From Pocillopora damicornis (Eukaryota): a stretch of DNA of 64,000 nucleotides. The stretch is from NCBI RefSeq assembly GCF_003704095.1, contig NW_020846122.1:372001-436000 (forward strand), written 5' to 3'. Shown one piece after another: positions 25,601 through 37,700 of the stretch. The notes beneath the pieces were generated by a model. That model was not told the DNA's origin, did not search any database, and saw only the letters and a program-made list of their open reading frames with translations. The stretch's first letter is position 1. Every line of letters starts with the position of its first letter. Position numbers and translations under genes: made by a program.

Positions 25601-28600
25601 CTGTTCCTGGGCAAATGTGCCAACAGGATTTGTCACGTTTTGAACAAAGGGAAGACACCAACAATTTCGTGGAGTTAGGAAATGAATATGAAGTTCTTCT
25701 CGGTGGAAACAGTAGTGGACTCTGCATAAACCAGAAAAACGTCAACAGTGGTATTGTAGGCCAAGTACTACATGATTCAAATGCTCACGTGAGTCACAAG
25801 CGTTTTAAACTGAAAGATTTTGAGAGAGGCTTTGATAATGTTGACAGTAAGTTCCAAATAAACTGCAACTCAAACGATAAAGACAAAGACCACGTTTCAG
25901 TGGACGACATCCACTCAGAAAATGTATCAATGTATGACAACGAGTCGAGTGACGTTTCCATGTATGAAAGCGAGTCTGATTATGGGTCGGATTACGAAAG
26001 TGAATCAGAACGTGAACGGGAGCAAGTCGGGAACAATGACCCTGAGCAAGTGCAACAATACGAGCAACATAATTTTCCCAACGGAAACGACGACATGGCA
26101 GAATACCCCGCCCTAATGGTTCCCTTAGTACATGCCATTCCTCAGCTAGTACAGGCGCACGCCTGGCCAAATGCGCCAGTCAATGCACAGGGAAACCAAC
26201 CAGGACCTCAAAACGATGCTATTACCGGGCAACTCGTAGATGAGGCACTAAATGTCGAATACAACCCACAGGCACTCCAACTCAATCCTGTACCACAGGA
26301 CGAAGCTGCAGAGCAAGGGGTTGGCCAGCAACTTCCTAATGCTCCAGGCCATAATCTGGCTCTATTTGGCCCCCATGATGACCTTGCAAACGAAGAACCA
26401 CAGGATGAAGCTCCCATGGGAGCCAATCTTTTATATCATCCACTTCCTCCCGTAGAAGATGAGATAGAAGCAGCGAATGGAGATGGTGAGGTTCCAGGTG
26501 CTGTAGTAGGCAATGAGGTTGCCTTGCTGGCAAATAATGATGTAGGTATCGATGAAGCACCACCCTTCGGGGAGGTAGTACCAGCACCACAGGCGCCTCC
26601 ACAACAGCCACAAGGGCAAAATCTTCCCAATGGTCAAAATCCTCAACAAGGCTATCATCCTCAGCATGGCAACCAGCCTCAACAGCAACCTAATACCTCT
26701 GGGCCGCTCAGAAGATTAGCTGCTGCAGTAAGGTATGTAAAGCGCAAACTAAGGAGGAGTCATAATGCACTTCCAATGTATGTCCTTGGGGCCCCAAGAG
26801 AAGAGCGACTGCCCGCTGGTTTAGAAGAGGCTCCTCCTCTTATTGGCGTGCCCCACCCTGAAATTGATGAAGAGACACAACCGACAAGCTTCTGTGCTTG
26901 TTTCGCCTTCCTTTTCCGACACCATGAGCATCCTGCACAAGGTTATCCATCACAGAATGAGCAAAGGGAAGAATTTGAGGAGCAGATAGCGTTGATTGGG
27001 CTGGATAATCAGGGCATGGAACAGGAGAATGACGAGCATGACATTGCGGCCGTCGAGCAGCTGATGGCAGTTCCTGACGAACAAATAGAGGCGATTGCGC
27101 CTCTAGTAGAAGTAATCTAGAATCTTCTTCTGGTTACCGTAAAAAAGCTGTATAACAATTAAGGAAAGCGAACAAAAGCAGATGGACTCAAAGGTACAAA
27201 AGAGAAACTTGTTCTCTGTAAATATGTTTTTTTTTTTTCATTTTCGTAGTATTTGTATGCGATGCGTGCAATGATAAATAAAATAATAAATAAAGATAAA
27301 TTATGAGTACAAAACCATTTTTTCTTTCATGCAGAAATTTGGGAAAAGGGGAGGGGAGGGTTACCACCAACATCATTAATTTAACCCATTAACTCCCAAG
27401 ATCTCATGAGTAATTCTCCTTACTGTCTGCCAAATGATTCTTAATATGTTAGTTTGGAGAATTTGGTATCAGATCAATTACGAATCCCATAATTGATATT
27501 TTTCTTTATTCTCATCACTTGTCTGCATGATATTGTACAGATATAGTAAGGAGAAATTCTGTCTTGATCACTCACGGGAGTTCAAGGGTAAATCAGAGCA
27601 CTCTTGTTCCAAACCTAATGTCCAGTCCGTTTACTTCCTTATTTCCACCTTCCCGTTAACAAGACGAAGCTTCCTGAACCGGAAGATGGCAATATTTAAC
27701 AGTAGGTTTGTATTGGACTGACCAAATCGCTATTTCAAACAATTTTCGAAGCAAATATTCACATGTTTTATCAATATGAAGTCGCAAAAGATGATACCAA
27801 AGGTAATCGTGAACTTAATCAAAACACTTCTTACTTATTTTCCACGCTATTGTCGATGGTAGCAAGTTTGGCTCCAAATTGTCCCTGGCAGTAAAAATAT
27901 GCGTTCAGCCAAGTCTTCGGTTTAGAGAAATATCGGTAGCACTTGCCATTAGAATAATGCCAATCTTTCAGACACATGGCTGGAAAGAAACCAGAAAATT
28001 GTCTTAGATGAGGAAAAATGCGAAAACGGTGATATCTCAAAAAAAACAAACAAACAAAATGAACCCAAAAACAAGACATGACAGGATAACGAATGCTACA
28101 TGAGTGAGCTGGAAAGGATGCTTAGCGTAATTATAATTTTCAATAAAGAAGGGAGGGAAAGGAAGAGAAGTGAGCAAAATCACACGGAATTGTATGTATG
28201 TATGTATGTATGTATGTATTGGCGATACCAGACCACAACATCGGAAACTTCGTTCACAACTCTTTGCGAATCAACCTTTCCCTTTTTCCCTTTCCCCTTC
28301 TCATTTCTCCGTGTCCATTCTCTTCACTCCCATTCTCCTCCTTATTCTATCCACTTCTTTAAACTGACTACCGAATTTTTCCTTCAAATACATATCACCT
28401 GACTCGGACGTGAGAGGGGCCTGGAACGGTAGAAAGGAAAAACAGGAACCGGAAGATATACTAAGGGGTGTCGGTGGCAATGATGCAGCCCCTTTAGAAA
28501 TAATTAAATAAACTTTACAGCAACTTAGAAAAGAATGACAAATATCGGATGGAAAAGGTGAGGAAATCTAAATTCTTATTCCGCGTTTTTTTTTCGTGAG

Positions 28601-29801
28601 AATCAAGGGAGCAGAATTTGCACTTACGTTTACAAGATTTTTCACAGCCGTTGAGTTCAGTCTTTTTCTCATTTACATCGCAACCTGTAGTAATAAGAAA
28701 TCGAAAAACGGCAATTAAAGTACTTCATGGGGAGGATAGACGGAATTATTTACAATGCATCTAAAATGCAACGCAAGTTTGAGAAAGAGCTCTCATGGCA
28801 TTTTAGCGAAAAGAGAAGTTGACGCCTATTGGCGACCAAAGAGTTCGAGTAGATTTAAATGTTTCTTTACCTTTTACTACAATCCAGTGCCGAGTTATTT
28901 CTGATCCACCCTCAGTTTGTATCGTGGATGAATAAAGGGCCGTATCTGATTCCTCCAGTTGATTAATTTTAAGTGTTTTGCCCCCATCTGAGATAACAAA
29001 GCGGTCGCTACTTGGCAAGGGTTTTGACTCGCGCGTCCATGTAAGTGTACCGTTCACTCTGAAGTAGTGTTCACCTTTGAATGTGACACATTCTCCTCTC
29101 TTCCTTACTTCAAGCTTTTTTTCGATCAATATCACTTTCTCAGCTGCGAAGAGAGACACGAAGTTTTCGTTTAATGTGCATATTAAATTTCTGTAGTATT
29201 CATGGACTTAAGTGTCTAAAGCTTGTGGAACAGAACCACGGTCTCTCTTATCTCTACCGCCATATTTGACCCAAAGCAAACTTCTAGAACTTCATGACGT
29301 AAGATGTAAGCAAAGTAAGTAATTTTTCAATCCGGTCAACGATAGCTTGCAGAGGTAAGGTAGACAACTTTAGACGCTGAGAAGTCGTAGAAATATCACC
29401 GATGCTCTTACGAAACACCATGGATATCATTTAGTCAAATTGATATTTGTGATCTTAGATAATATCATCGTCGGTGGAGAAATTTATTTCACATACTTAT
29501 AGCAATATAATTTCTAGAATGACAATTTGATGTTGGGTCACGATTTCTCCTTAAAGTAATTCAAACATCATATGATGTTCTAGTGATTGTGTAAATGCAC
29601 AAGGAACCTTATCGAAGACAATCGTACGAGCTAATGGCATTAGTCTTTATTTCTGTAGACAATTAAAATTCTGTAGACAATTAAATATAGGCCGATAAAG
29701 TTCTTAATTTCGCCATAAGGCTTCGATACGAAAAATATCACGCTCTTACCTTGAATAATAGCCGCAACGTCTAACAGTGCCAGCAACAGGAAAAACTTCA
29801 T
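19898..29801 (-). CDS. Secreted Ig-like plus tandem C-type lectin domain protein (411 aa, 8 exons)
   Basis: Exons: 29750-29801 (signal peptide MKFFLLLALLDVAAIIQ); 28871-29143 (Ig-like, TW...RFVISDGGKTLKINQLEESDTALY); 28628-28684 (Cys linker); 27835-27979 plus 21745-22019 (CTLD1: GKCY, WIGLND, EPN, WND, FVCE); 21226-21426 plus 20362-20583 (CTLD2: WIGLND, EPN, WFD, FVCE); 19898-19908 (GPS-stop). All introns are GT-AG, phases match, total 1236 nt. Confidence 0.88.
20138..20344. mobile_element. TTAA-flanked MITE, family A copy
   Basis: caccctaacatcagtat...ggatttaagggttaa, similar to 5042-5246. Confidence 0.75.
22389..22615 (+). mobile_element. Palindromic Penelope-like-derived repeat (hammerhead family)
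   Basis: ggtaatttag...ttcgagcgttagcccttcatcagagtgaatgacgaagggctaacgctcgaaa...ctaaattacc plus the family tail. Confidence 0.75.
22869..27120 (+). CDS. Uncharacterised ~918-aa protein with two N-terminal hydrophobic segments and a long acidic/Pro-Gln-rich tail; nested antisense in lectin intron 4
   Basis: The 823-aa ORF (24649-27120) is open upstream to the acceptor ttttccag|24567. Exons 22869-22980 (METCGMKFHVFGIILAVMSMLHYG...; donor AAAG|gtaatt) and 24075-24165 (ALYWMIITMEFFAAVVAAIKFFWFDRGKKT; donor CCAG|gtaatt) join it in frame, total 2757 nt. AATAAA cluster at ~27277. No homolog recognised. Confidence 0.78.
27381..27592. mobile_element. TTAA-flanked MITE, family B (copies also at 11232-11436 and 34743-34953; related element at ~14086-14290)
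   Basis: ttaaccc.ttaactccca...gatatttttctttattctca...ggagtt.aagggt.aa shared between copies. Confidence 0.72.
28190..28219. repeat. (TGTA)n microsatellite
   Basis: About seven tgta units. Confidence 0.9.
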
Positions 29802-30539
29802 CTCATAGGCCGGGCCGCCAAACTTCCAACTCACTACGACTGATATGATTTCGAGTTGAAAATGCCTCTCTTTTGAATAGAACACAACAACGTTGAGTTT
29901 AGCTGCTTCCGTTCCTTTGGCTCTTATGGCAAAAGTATTGTTCGAAAGTTGTTCATGTTGTTATTGACACCGTGAAAGTGCTCAAAAGCGAGAGTTTCGA
30001 AGCGCTTTTCACATTTCTTTTCATGATGGAGAGGCTAGCAACTTGGGAATGTCAAAGACAACTGCGTTATTTTTACGTCAGCAACATGAGAATATTTGCT
30101 CTTACAGCAATGGATTACTCCTTATCAATTAATAACTTAATCAATTACATATTAATTACGGCTGCTTTACATTGCTGTTCTTAGTCACGAAAAGAAGTAT
30201 TGTCACGTTCGACCGTCAGAGTGCGTTTAATCAAATCATGTCGATCCCTTGAACTCACAACCCATTAAGAAGTGGTATTGGGAGACATTTTCTTGTTCAA
30301 TAATTTTACTAATGTTAGTTAATCGACCCAAATACCATTTTTGGCTGTGAAATAAATATTAATTATCTGGCTCTGTGTTCTGTCTTTCTCCGCTCAGATT
30401 CCGGGCCAGCGAGGCAAATCCCGAAAAAATACTTTCCTGGAAACAATGTCCCATTTCAAACATGAAAATTAAAAATAAAGTAAATTAAAGAAACGAGAAA
30501 AAAAAGTGATTCGCTAAGCATCGTTCGTAAAATCCGACA

Positions 30540-30742
30540 ACATATCACTTCGCGTGGTGACGAAGACGAACCGAAGAATTGCCGACAGGCAGTGGACGAA
30601 TGAAGCGAGGTTACAAAGCTTATGCCGAGTATTCAATGTTTTCAGCTGGTTGTTTGCTTCAGTTTCAACAACAATACGTGAAATTATTCTGGAGATTTAC
30701 GGAAGACGGGAAATACATAGAGTGGGATGAATACCATTTAAG
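30540..30742 (+). other. Probable non-coding first exon of BTBD7 (5' end approximate)
   Basis: CpG-rich segment ending in donor AAG|gtatgt at 30742. A strong acceptor tcttttcttttacag|31521 lies upstream of the BTBD7 ATG. Confidence 0.5.
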
Positions 30743-31728
30743 GTATGTTCTCAGGACAAAATATTTTGTTTATGACACATTCCGCGATCTAATTGATCGG
30801 TTATGGTCGATCGCATTGTTAGCCGACATACTTTGGGGATTGCAAAATACTATTTCTTGTTTCCTAGTACGTTTTCCTCGCCGTTGGCGCGAAGGACCTT
30901 CGATATATTTATTTCAAGTTGAATTTGTAACTATGTTACAATCAAGGAGTCTTGAAAGTGTCATTGATTTTCGTAAAAGCGCTCTAGAAGCTCTGAGAGA
31001 TGTTCAGTTCTTTTCAGAGATGTTCAATTCATTTCAGATATCAAAAATTTCGTTTTCTCGCCCAAAATCGTTCTTAGTGAATTTCATTTAATAATCTATA
31101 ATGAACATTTATTCAACGTTTACTCCACATATTTATAGAAATTGCGATTCATGATTCAAAAATAGCTTATTCTTGTGGTGAAATACAACCCGAACTATGG
31201 CTCTAATCGATCAATAACAAAACAATTATTAACGCAATTATACACCAGTATTCAGCGGAAGAGACGTTTTGTTGTTTGAGAACAGGGATATCAAATTAAG
31301 TTTGCAGTCAATGAAGAACGTTTGGGCCTAATTTTGCACAAGATCACCTTTATGTACTTGGGAGTGTGAGGTCCTACAACCTCGTGATACGGAAGTACAG
31401 CTCTTGCAATTTATAGTTTGTTTTTGGGAAGGAGCTTTCGTCTTTTGACAGAGTCTTGTGAAAGTTTGTGAAGGGGATTTACATATTTACTGTATTCATT
31501 ACTCATCTTTTCTTTTACAGACTTGTACATTGGTCAGCTGATACCTTACATCATGAAATACTATAGACATATCTAGTTGTGAAAGGAGAGACTTCCTGAT
31601 AATTTGAAGTATGGAAGGAGTGATAGAGTATTTTGACTTGCCCTTAAGACACCATAATATCTGTTTACGGTGGATCTGATCAAGGATGAAACAAAAATTG
31701 ATGCAAAAACCTTGATTTATTGATTGCA

Positions 31729-34700
31729 ATGGGGGGAAGCACTTCCACTTTAGAGCAGAGTTCATCTGAACCAACCCTTGTGCGTGTGCCTCGATATACC
31801 TTGGAGGAGAAGAGGAAAAAACAATCAAAATTCAACACCCTTAAGAAAAAGCTCTCAAGGAGTAAAAGTGGTTTCAAGAGCCATGATCATGGAAAAATGC
31901 TACGAGAGTTGACACAAACATGGACAGTTCAGGAGATCAATGCTTTAGTTGAAGAATATGAAGCAATGATGAATGTAAAAGAACTAAAGAATCAGACCAA
32001 TCTTGTAAGGCAATCTGCGCCAAGTTTGAAGAAAGACCTTTTACGGCTTCTGGAAGAAGGGATTTGTGCTGACACAACACTTATATTTGAGAACACTCAA
32101 TTCCATGTCCACAAGGCTATTCTTACGTGTAGATGTCCTTATTTCAAGGATCTTTTATCGCAGCATACAGAGCAGCATCCTGTTATTCAAATGGAGTTTA
32201 AAACGGAAGGAATGACTACAGAAATTTTTTCGGCTCTGCTATGTTACTTGTACACAGGAGATTTTATGACAAAAAAATCAGGCTTAGAATACATTGATGT
32301 TCTAATGAATTTGGGTGAAGAGTTTGGCACACCCAATGTTTTGGAACAGGATTTAAACTTGCTTTTCAAATGTGGTGAATATGCTGATGTCGCCTTTGTT
32401 TTTCCTGCTCAAGACTCTTCAGACACATACGTGGCTGCAGATGGCAATGCAATTTCTGATCAGACATATGAGATTTTGTGCCATAAAGCTGTTCTCTGTG
32501 CAAGATCACACTACTTTAGATCACTTTTACTCAAATCTGACTTGGGCTCTAATGATTGTCTAAAGACAGGTTCTGGAGTGAAAAGACTTGTTTTAGATGA
32601 ATCAGTGATAACTAGGCAGTACACTCGCATAGCTTTACAATGCATGTATACGGACTCTGTGGATCTGTCGTCTGTAGTTAAGTGGAGCTCTGAGGACAGG
32701 AAATATTGTTCACCCAGAACTCATAAACTTTTGACATCAGCAGAAATTGCCATGGAAGTATTTGAAGTGGCAAGCTTTATCGACTTACCAGTACTGATCC
32801 AAGGTAAATAAATTTATTTATTCATTATAAAGCCAAGATCACACAGATGACTTAACAGCACAACAGGATATTGTTATGTCTGTTTTGTTGTGTTACTTAA
32901 ATAGGATTTCACTGCTAACATGATGATGTGATGATCTTCCTTATTTTTACTTGGTTATGCCCTTATGTCACTTGTATGACCTATGCTTATGTTGTATTGT
33001 GTTACTATTACATAAATATATATTGGGTGTTTAAAATTACATAAGGTTAAAATGGTGTCAGTTTTGTTTAATTTTAGTTTCCTTTGTTCTTTAAAAGACC
33101 TCACTAATGTACCTGGAATGAAGGATATAGCAAATCAATCTAGTTTGAAATCATTTGACCTGAGAAAAATTGCTTTAAATACAAGATGTACAAGTTCACA
33201 CCATGAACCTGACAATATTGTGATGTTCTTATGTTGATATGCTGAAAAAAAATTTGTATTTCACTTGCCTTCAGCTTGTTAGTTACAATCTTTTTTGTGT
33301 TCTTCTTGCAACTCATGGGGCTTATAACACACATATGAAGACCAACCTAAGGATGAGAACCATAAATCATTCTTTTTTTACTAGCTTATCAGTTTATTCA
33401 AAATACCTCTCTTGGTTTTTTTGCAATGTCTGTTTTATCAGGCTGCGAAGACATCATCTTGGAGGAATTATCTCCGTCCACTCTTCTGCCAACGCTGGAA
33501 TGGAGTTCCCTCCCTCATGGATCTGACTGGGTCTACAGGCAAGCCATGCACTTCCTACAGGAAGAATTTGTCAACATCGCTCAGTCTGACATGTTTACTC
33601 TGATGCCAAGGAAGTATTTGATAGAGGCACTGAAATCTGATTTCTTGCAGGTGTGTGTATGTAATCTTTTGCCAGTGAATTCTGGTCTTAGCCCTTTTAC
33701 ACCTCAGCAACTGTGTAATACAAACACTTCAGACTGCTCTCCTCATATTTTCTTTGGTACCGACTAGGAGAACGTTTTTGACAATCCACAGCTTCTTTAG
33801 GTGCTACTGTTTTTTCATTCTCACCACCTTTAAGTTCAATTTAGCAGTGAAACTGTGAGGAGAAATTGAACATTTCCTACTGTTAGGAGTTAAAGGGTTT
33901 ATAATATGCAAAAAAAAATTGCGTGCATCTGACTGACTGAAAATATGCATTTTCATGTAACATGAGTGCAAAGCTGTAACACATACTGTGAAAAGTCAGG
34001 CTAGGTTAGTTTCTCCTGAACCTTTTTTTGGGCTACAGGGAGCTGTTGAATTTTAATTTTAAAAATCTGTTAATAGTATTTTATTGTAATAAATTATTTA
34101 TATAACTTGTTCATAGGTCACATTACTTACCATAGTCAATGTAATAAGTGTCCTCTTTCATTCTTTCTTAGTTGTTACACAGTATTGATCAATTTTTCCT
34201 CCTTTAGGCATGTGAACACAATGTTCTACTGTCTGTCATTAAATGGGGTGAGGCACAGGTCATTCGTCAAATGAATGAACAAGGTACTGACATGAATATT
34301 ATTTCTGAAATTAAAACTGTCATTGAATTATGTTCTCCTTTTCTCAAATCAATAATCAATCCATGAATCAAGGTCTATCATTCAACTGTAATGTAATGGA
34401 TGGAGGTTAGTGATAACATGTCCTTACTAAGGCCCATCGTGGAGCAGTCCATATGAATTTTTAAGGTGCTTTTTTCTTCATTGTTGTTATTTTTGTGGAG
34501 AATAAGAGAAGAGGTAAAAACTAGTGAAAAATCTCTACTGGAAGGTAAAGAGGTAGCAACTCAACACTGGTTGCATTATGAACACAAAGTAAATAAGTAA
34601 GTAACAAAGGAAATAACTATATTTCAACTTGGGTTGATGTGGCCAATTAGGCCCCAAGCAGTACATGCTAATACGCTGAGAAAAGTATAAGAAAATAAGG

Positions 34701-37700
34701 GGAAAAATAGATCAGGATATCAAAAATGATCAGTTAACTTCTTTAACCCTTAAACTCCCAGATAAAATTTGTAATTCTCCTTACTGTCAACCATACAATT
34801 CTTATAATGTTAGTTCAGTGAATTTAGTATTGGATCAACTACTCATCCCCAAATTGATATTTTTCTTTATTCTCACGACTTACTTGGTCGATATTTTATT
34901 GATATGGTAAAGAGAAATTCTTTCTTGGTCACTCATGGGAGTTATTGGCTTAATTAAGTAAACAATCCTAACTCTTAAAATTATTACGGTGGAAAAATCT
35001 TAGAAGACTGTACAATACAAATGTACATTACAAACACTCTCAATATAATTGCTATTGTACTGTTGATTGTACTTTGCACTGGTATTCAGATGATTCTCTT
35101 TAATTTTCTTTCTCAGAATATCAAAAAATAATATGGTGACCGTTTTAAAAAGAAATGTATTAGTACCGATAATTAACACCTCGCGTTGGGGTATAATTGG
35201 AAGTAATAACTATCTCATTATTCACTTAAGCATATACATAATTATATTTAAGGAAATGGAAGTTATAAAATCTGTCAAGAGATCTCATCGCCTGCAGAAA
35301 ACTAGCAGTATGCAGTCGAAACGTCATGATTTGCATCCGAAGTGACCACATCGTGAGACAAACAGTTATACTTCTCTTCTGGAAGTGATAGTTACCTCGA
35401 TGACAAACCGCAACCTATTTTATGTCTGAAATCTTTTACATTAGTTTCAGAAGTATTCTTTTCTGTTCTTTAAGATCCAGTCCAGGACAACAAAAAGAAT
35501 GCTAAGCGACGTGACATCGATAACAAACAGTTGAAGAGGGTTCTAGCAGGCGTTATCGAACATGTGCGAATTGGTCACGTGCTTCCCCCGCACAGCGAGC
35601 TCCTGGACGGGGTGTTCCGCAGGGGTCTTGTTGACCGGGGCATGCCCCTGGATATAGGTGAAGGAAATTTTTATCCCAATCTGCCTTGGATGAGAAGAAG
35701 AGAAGAGAAGGACTTTGTCAGACCGAGGCTCTTCTTGCCTTACTTTGAAGAAGCAAAGGTAAAAATTCTCTGAAGATAATTTGTTGTAATCAGGTACGTT
35801 GGTAAAGTGGATTGGCCACTCAAAGAGTTTCTAAAGCTGACGTATCGATCGAGCGTTCGCCCTTCGTCAGAGGGAAGCGCTCTTATTTTATACAATACCA
35901 AAATTTCGTTTGAAACTTATCCCCTTCATTCATTTGCAATATATCTTACTTTTAGTACATCCTCTGTTGGTCTGAGGTGATCAGAAATCGAAAAATAAGA
36001 ATGTTGGCTTTTTAATTGACATCTTGTTTTGGCAAAAGTGTTAAAAATTTGAATTTGGGGTGGCATTGACTTGGAAAAGATTATCTCTAGTCAGAGCTGT
36101 CAGTAAAAGCTGCTAGCTGGCAAACTAGTCTTCCATCCTGAGCCAGTTACTGAGATTACTTTCACCTCATTTTACCATTAGTGCTTGTGGAAAATAGTAC
36201 ATTTATTCAAATACCACAGATACCAGCAACCATTTCCCAGTTATGACTTGAACTGAATGCATTATTTACTGGTGACAGGTATAGATGAAGGAATAGATTC
36301 TTCGTTCAGACTTTACTTGGAATTGGGTCAGGCGAACTTTTTGAAACGCTAAGGACATTAAATGAAAAGCCCCCATTCTTGCGTATAATCTAACGAAACA
36401 ACATGGTGTCCAAGATAACTAAGCCGCCTTTTTTTCTTATTTGCCATCTGCTTTCAAACTTATTAACAATCCTGACTAGTCAGCTTAAAAGATCGTCCAG
36501 GCCGATGCTGCACTTTTGGAAATTTTCAGCTAAGGTGGTTGTCGCATAAAGACCTCATTGCGCTCGAATTAAATTTTGCCCTCCTTCCGTTTTGTACGCC
36601 GGCTAGAAATTTCAGCTAAGGTGGTTGTTGCTCAAGATCCCATAGCGCTCGAATTAATTAACTTTCCCTTCCTTCCGTTTTGTACGCCGGCTAGAAATTT
36701 CAGCCAAGGTGGTTGTTGCCCAAAGATCCCATTGCACTCGAGTTAATTAACTTTCCCCTCCCTCCGTTTTGTAAGCCAGCTAGAATTTTTCAGCCAAGGT
36801 GGTTGTGGCACAAAGATCTCATTGCGTTTTGTAAGCCGGCTAAACATTCTAAGACATTCTCACTGTTGCAGGCCATCCTTGAGGAACACAAAGAAGCGGA
36901 AAAAGAACTGATCAGAAATCGTATGTCACGTGTACCACACAACATGCCTGACACATTGTATATGGTGGAATCGCACAAACGAACCTACACTGCGCCAGCG
37001 ATCTTCTTCGCCTCTTCGGCAGCGGGTAGATTGGAACGAGACGAACGACGTCCATCAGTGGGTTTGGGCTCTAATAGGGATGGAAATGAGTTGGAGAGAT
37101 ACATGAGATGTGGAGGAATGAACGAAGGGTCTCCCGGTATGTTGGCTATTTCTGTCATCCTTTGCACCAATCAAATTTCATTCAAAGCTTGGTTTAAGCT
37201 CTTACCCACTTACTCGTCCTATTTTTCGGTATTCTGACCTCTAAGCTGAAATCGTGATGACAACAAAGGTTTTGTCTTCGGCTGATAGGTCAAGTCCAGA
37301 AGTCCATAACTGAAATTTTTGCACTTCTCTCGAACAACCGAGCCAAATATTTCTTGAGAATTTTTGGAAATATTTCGTAGTTTTTACATCCCAGAACTAT
37401 ATTCCAGGAGAAAGGGGAAGCTTTTTTTTTTTGTCTACGTAATTGTGTATCCTTATGTTTATCTCACTTGGTATCGTTTTTCTTTTCCATTTTAGATGAA
37501 AGAGAACCTGCCGTTAGTAGCACGCCAGTTACAGGGAGAGAGTTTGCTCTCCCGGATGTAGCCATGGAGGCGCCTTCATTTATTCCGGATGATTACCTGC
37601 ACAGAGGAGCGGGCTCTTCTGCTGAGGTGAACAAACAAATCACATCAGGACGTGACAATAATGAGCTTGGATTGACTGGTTATCCATAAAGTATTCTTTC

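Noticed and set aside
24957-26688. Multiple overlapping antisense ORFs within the nested gene
   Set aside because: Expected shadows of a GC-richer coding exon.
30579-31091. 170-aa ORF as a separate gene
   Set aside because: Non-ATG start in the track, it crosses a strong splice donor, and it has no recognisable domain; better explained as the BTBD7 leader exon plus intron.
36519-36842. Regularly spaced repeats resembling a CRISPR array
   Set aside because: The whole unit repeats with no unique spacers, it is in a eukaryotic intron, and there are no cas genes.
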